The notes beneath the pieces were generated by a model. The model saw only the letters and a program-made list of their open reading frames with translations, did no database searches and was not told where the DNA came from. Source: Octopus vulgaris (Eukaryota). From it: a DNA stretch of 64,000 nucleotides. The translations under genes and the position numbers were made by a program. Shown here piece after piece: positions 63,050-64,000 of this stretch (position 1 is the stretch's first letter; each line of letters opens with the position of its first letter). Where the stretch lies: contig OX597828.1 in assembly GCA_951406725.2 (NCBI GenBank), positions 49,352,001 to 49,416,000 of the forward strand, in the 5' to 3' direction.

Positions 63050-63420
63050 AGGTAGGAAGCTGGCAGAAGCATTAGCATTCTGAGTTCAAATTCTGCCAAG
63101 GTCGACTTTATTTTCCATCCTTTCAGGGTTGATAAATTAAGTACCAGTGAAACACTGGGGGGGGGGGTCGATGTAATTGACTAGTTCCTTCCCACCAAGT
63201 TTCAGGCCTTGTGCCTATAACAGAAAGGAATTATTAGCATGCCCAGCAAAATGCTTAACAGCATTTCATCTGTCTTTAAGGTCCAGGTTCAAAGTCCACC
63301 ATAGTCAACTTTGCCTTTTGTCACTTTCAGGGCCAATAAAATTAATAAGCACTGGATTCGATGTAATTGACTAAAACCTGCCCCAAAACTTGTTGGCCTT
63401 GTGCCAAAGTATGAAACCAA
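63050..63420 (+). mobile_element. Two tandem SINE family B copies
   Basis: Family match. Confidence 0.75.
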
Positions 63421-64000
63421 GATTAAGTTCTGCTGAACAAACAGGTGCTAATTAGGTGGCAAATTAAGAATATAACACCTTTAGACATTTTTGAGAGGTA
63501 TGTCTCCTTGCAAGGCCTTAGTGACCAATGGGATGAAGAGAAAAGTGTCTCCTCAAACCAGGAAGCTGGTCTCCACTGAAGATACCTAAGTCCCCAGGTT
63601 GTGTTAAACCAAGCAATCAATCAAAAAAGGTTTATTGTCCAAGTAAGTCATGGCAGGATTTGAATTCGGAATCCAAAGAGCTGAAACAGATACCATAAGG
63701 CACCAAGTAACAAGTTTAAAGTTCTTACAGCTCTGCCAAGCCAGCCACCACCCTAGATTCTTCATTTTTTTTCTTTTTCTCTTTATTATTGATTTTGAAA
63801 TGATGAAAGGCAAAGTTGAACTTGGTGTGACTTGAGTGTGCAGTGAGATGGAACAAAGGCTATGAGGCATTATATACGTTTGAATGACTGCTTAGTCAGT
63901 GTCTAATAATGCATAAAGCCAATATATTTATGTATGTCTGTATATATATATATAAATATATTTGCTGTCTATATACACACGCATATATAAAAAGTACTAG

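Overview
AT-rich eukaryotic genomic DNA packed with microsatellites and SINEs. The SINE, MITE and RTE repertoire points to an octopus (coleoid cephalopod); this is inference, as no search was run. Only one real protein-coding segment is visible: a minus-strand first coding exon (ATG 53975 to GT donor after 52887) of a ZNF608/ZNF609 / scribbler(brakeless)-like co-repressor. It probably begins at a strong acceptor at 55230-55231, giving a ~1.25 kb 5' leader. The rest is most likely intron or upstream sequence of this gene. It holds several tRNA-derived SINE families, RTE LINE 3' fragments, two TTAA-flanked piggyBac-type MITE families, a hAT MITE, a non-autonomous Helitron and minisatellites. Nearly all other ORFs in the track are microsatellite or SINE artefacts. 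The main unexplained structure is a set of at least 6-7 short (~150-400 bp), mutually divergent elements that abut or sit inside (TA)n tracts. Each carries a type I hammerhead-ribozyme motif (CUGANGA...GAAA...UH with stems I-III). Two motifs have an intact core (9418-9507 minus, 48743-48789 plus), and two lie at the centre of fold-back palindromes. This looks like a (TA)n-targeting, ribozyme-bearing non-autonomous retroelement system (Penelope-like/retrozyme type) that also inserts into the internal TA tract of the commonest SINE.
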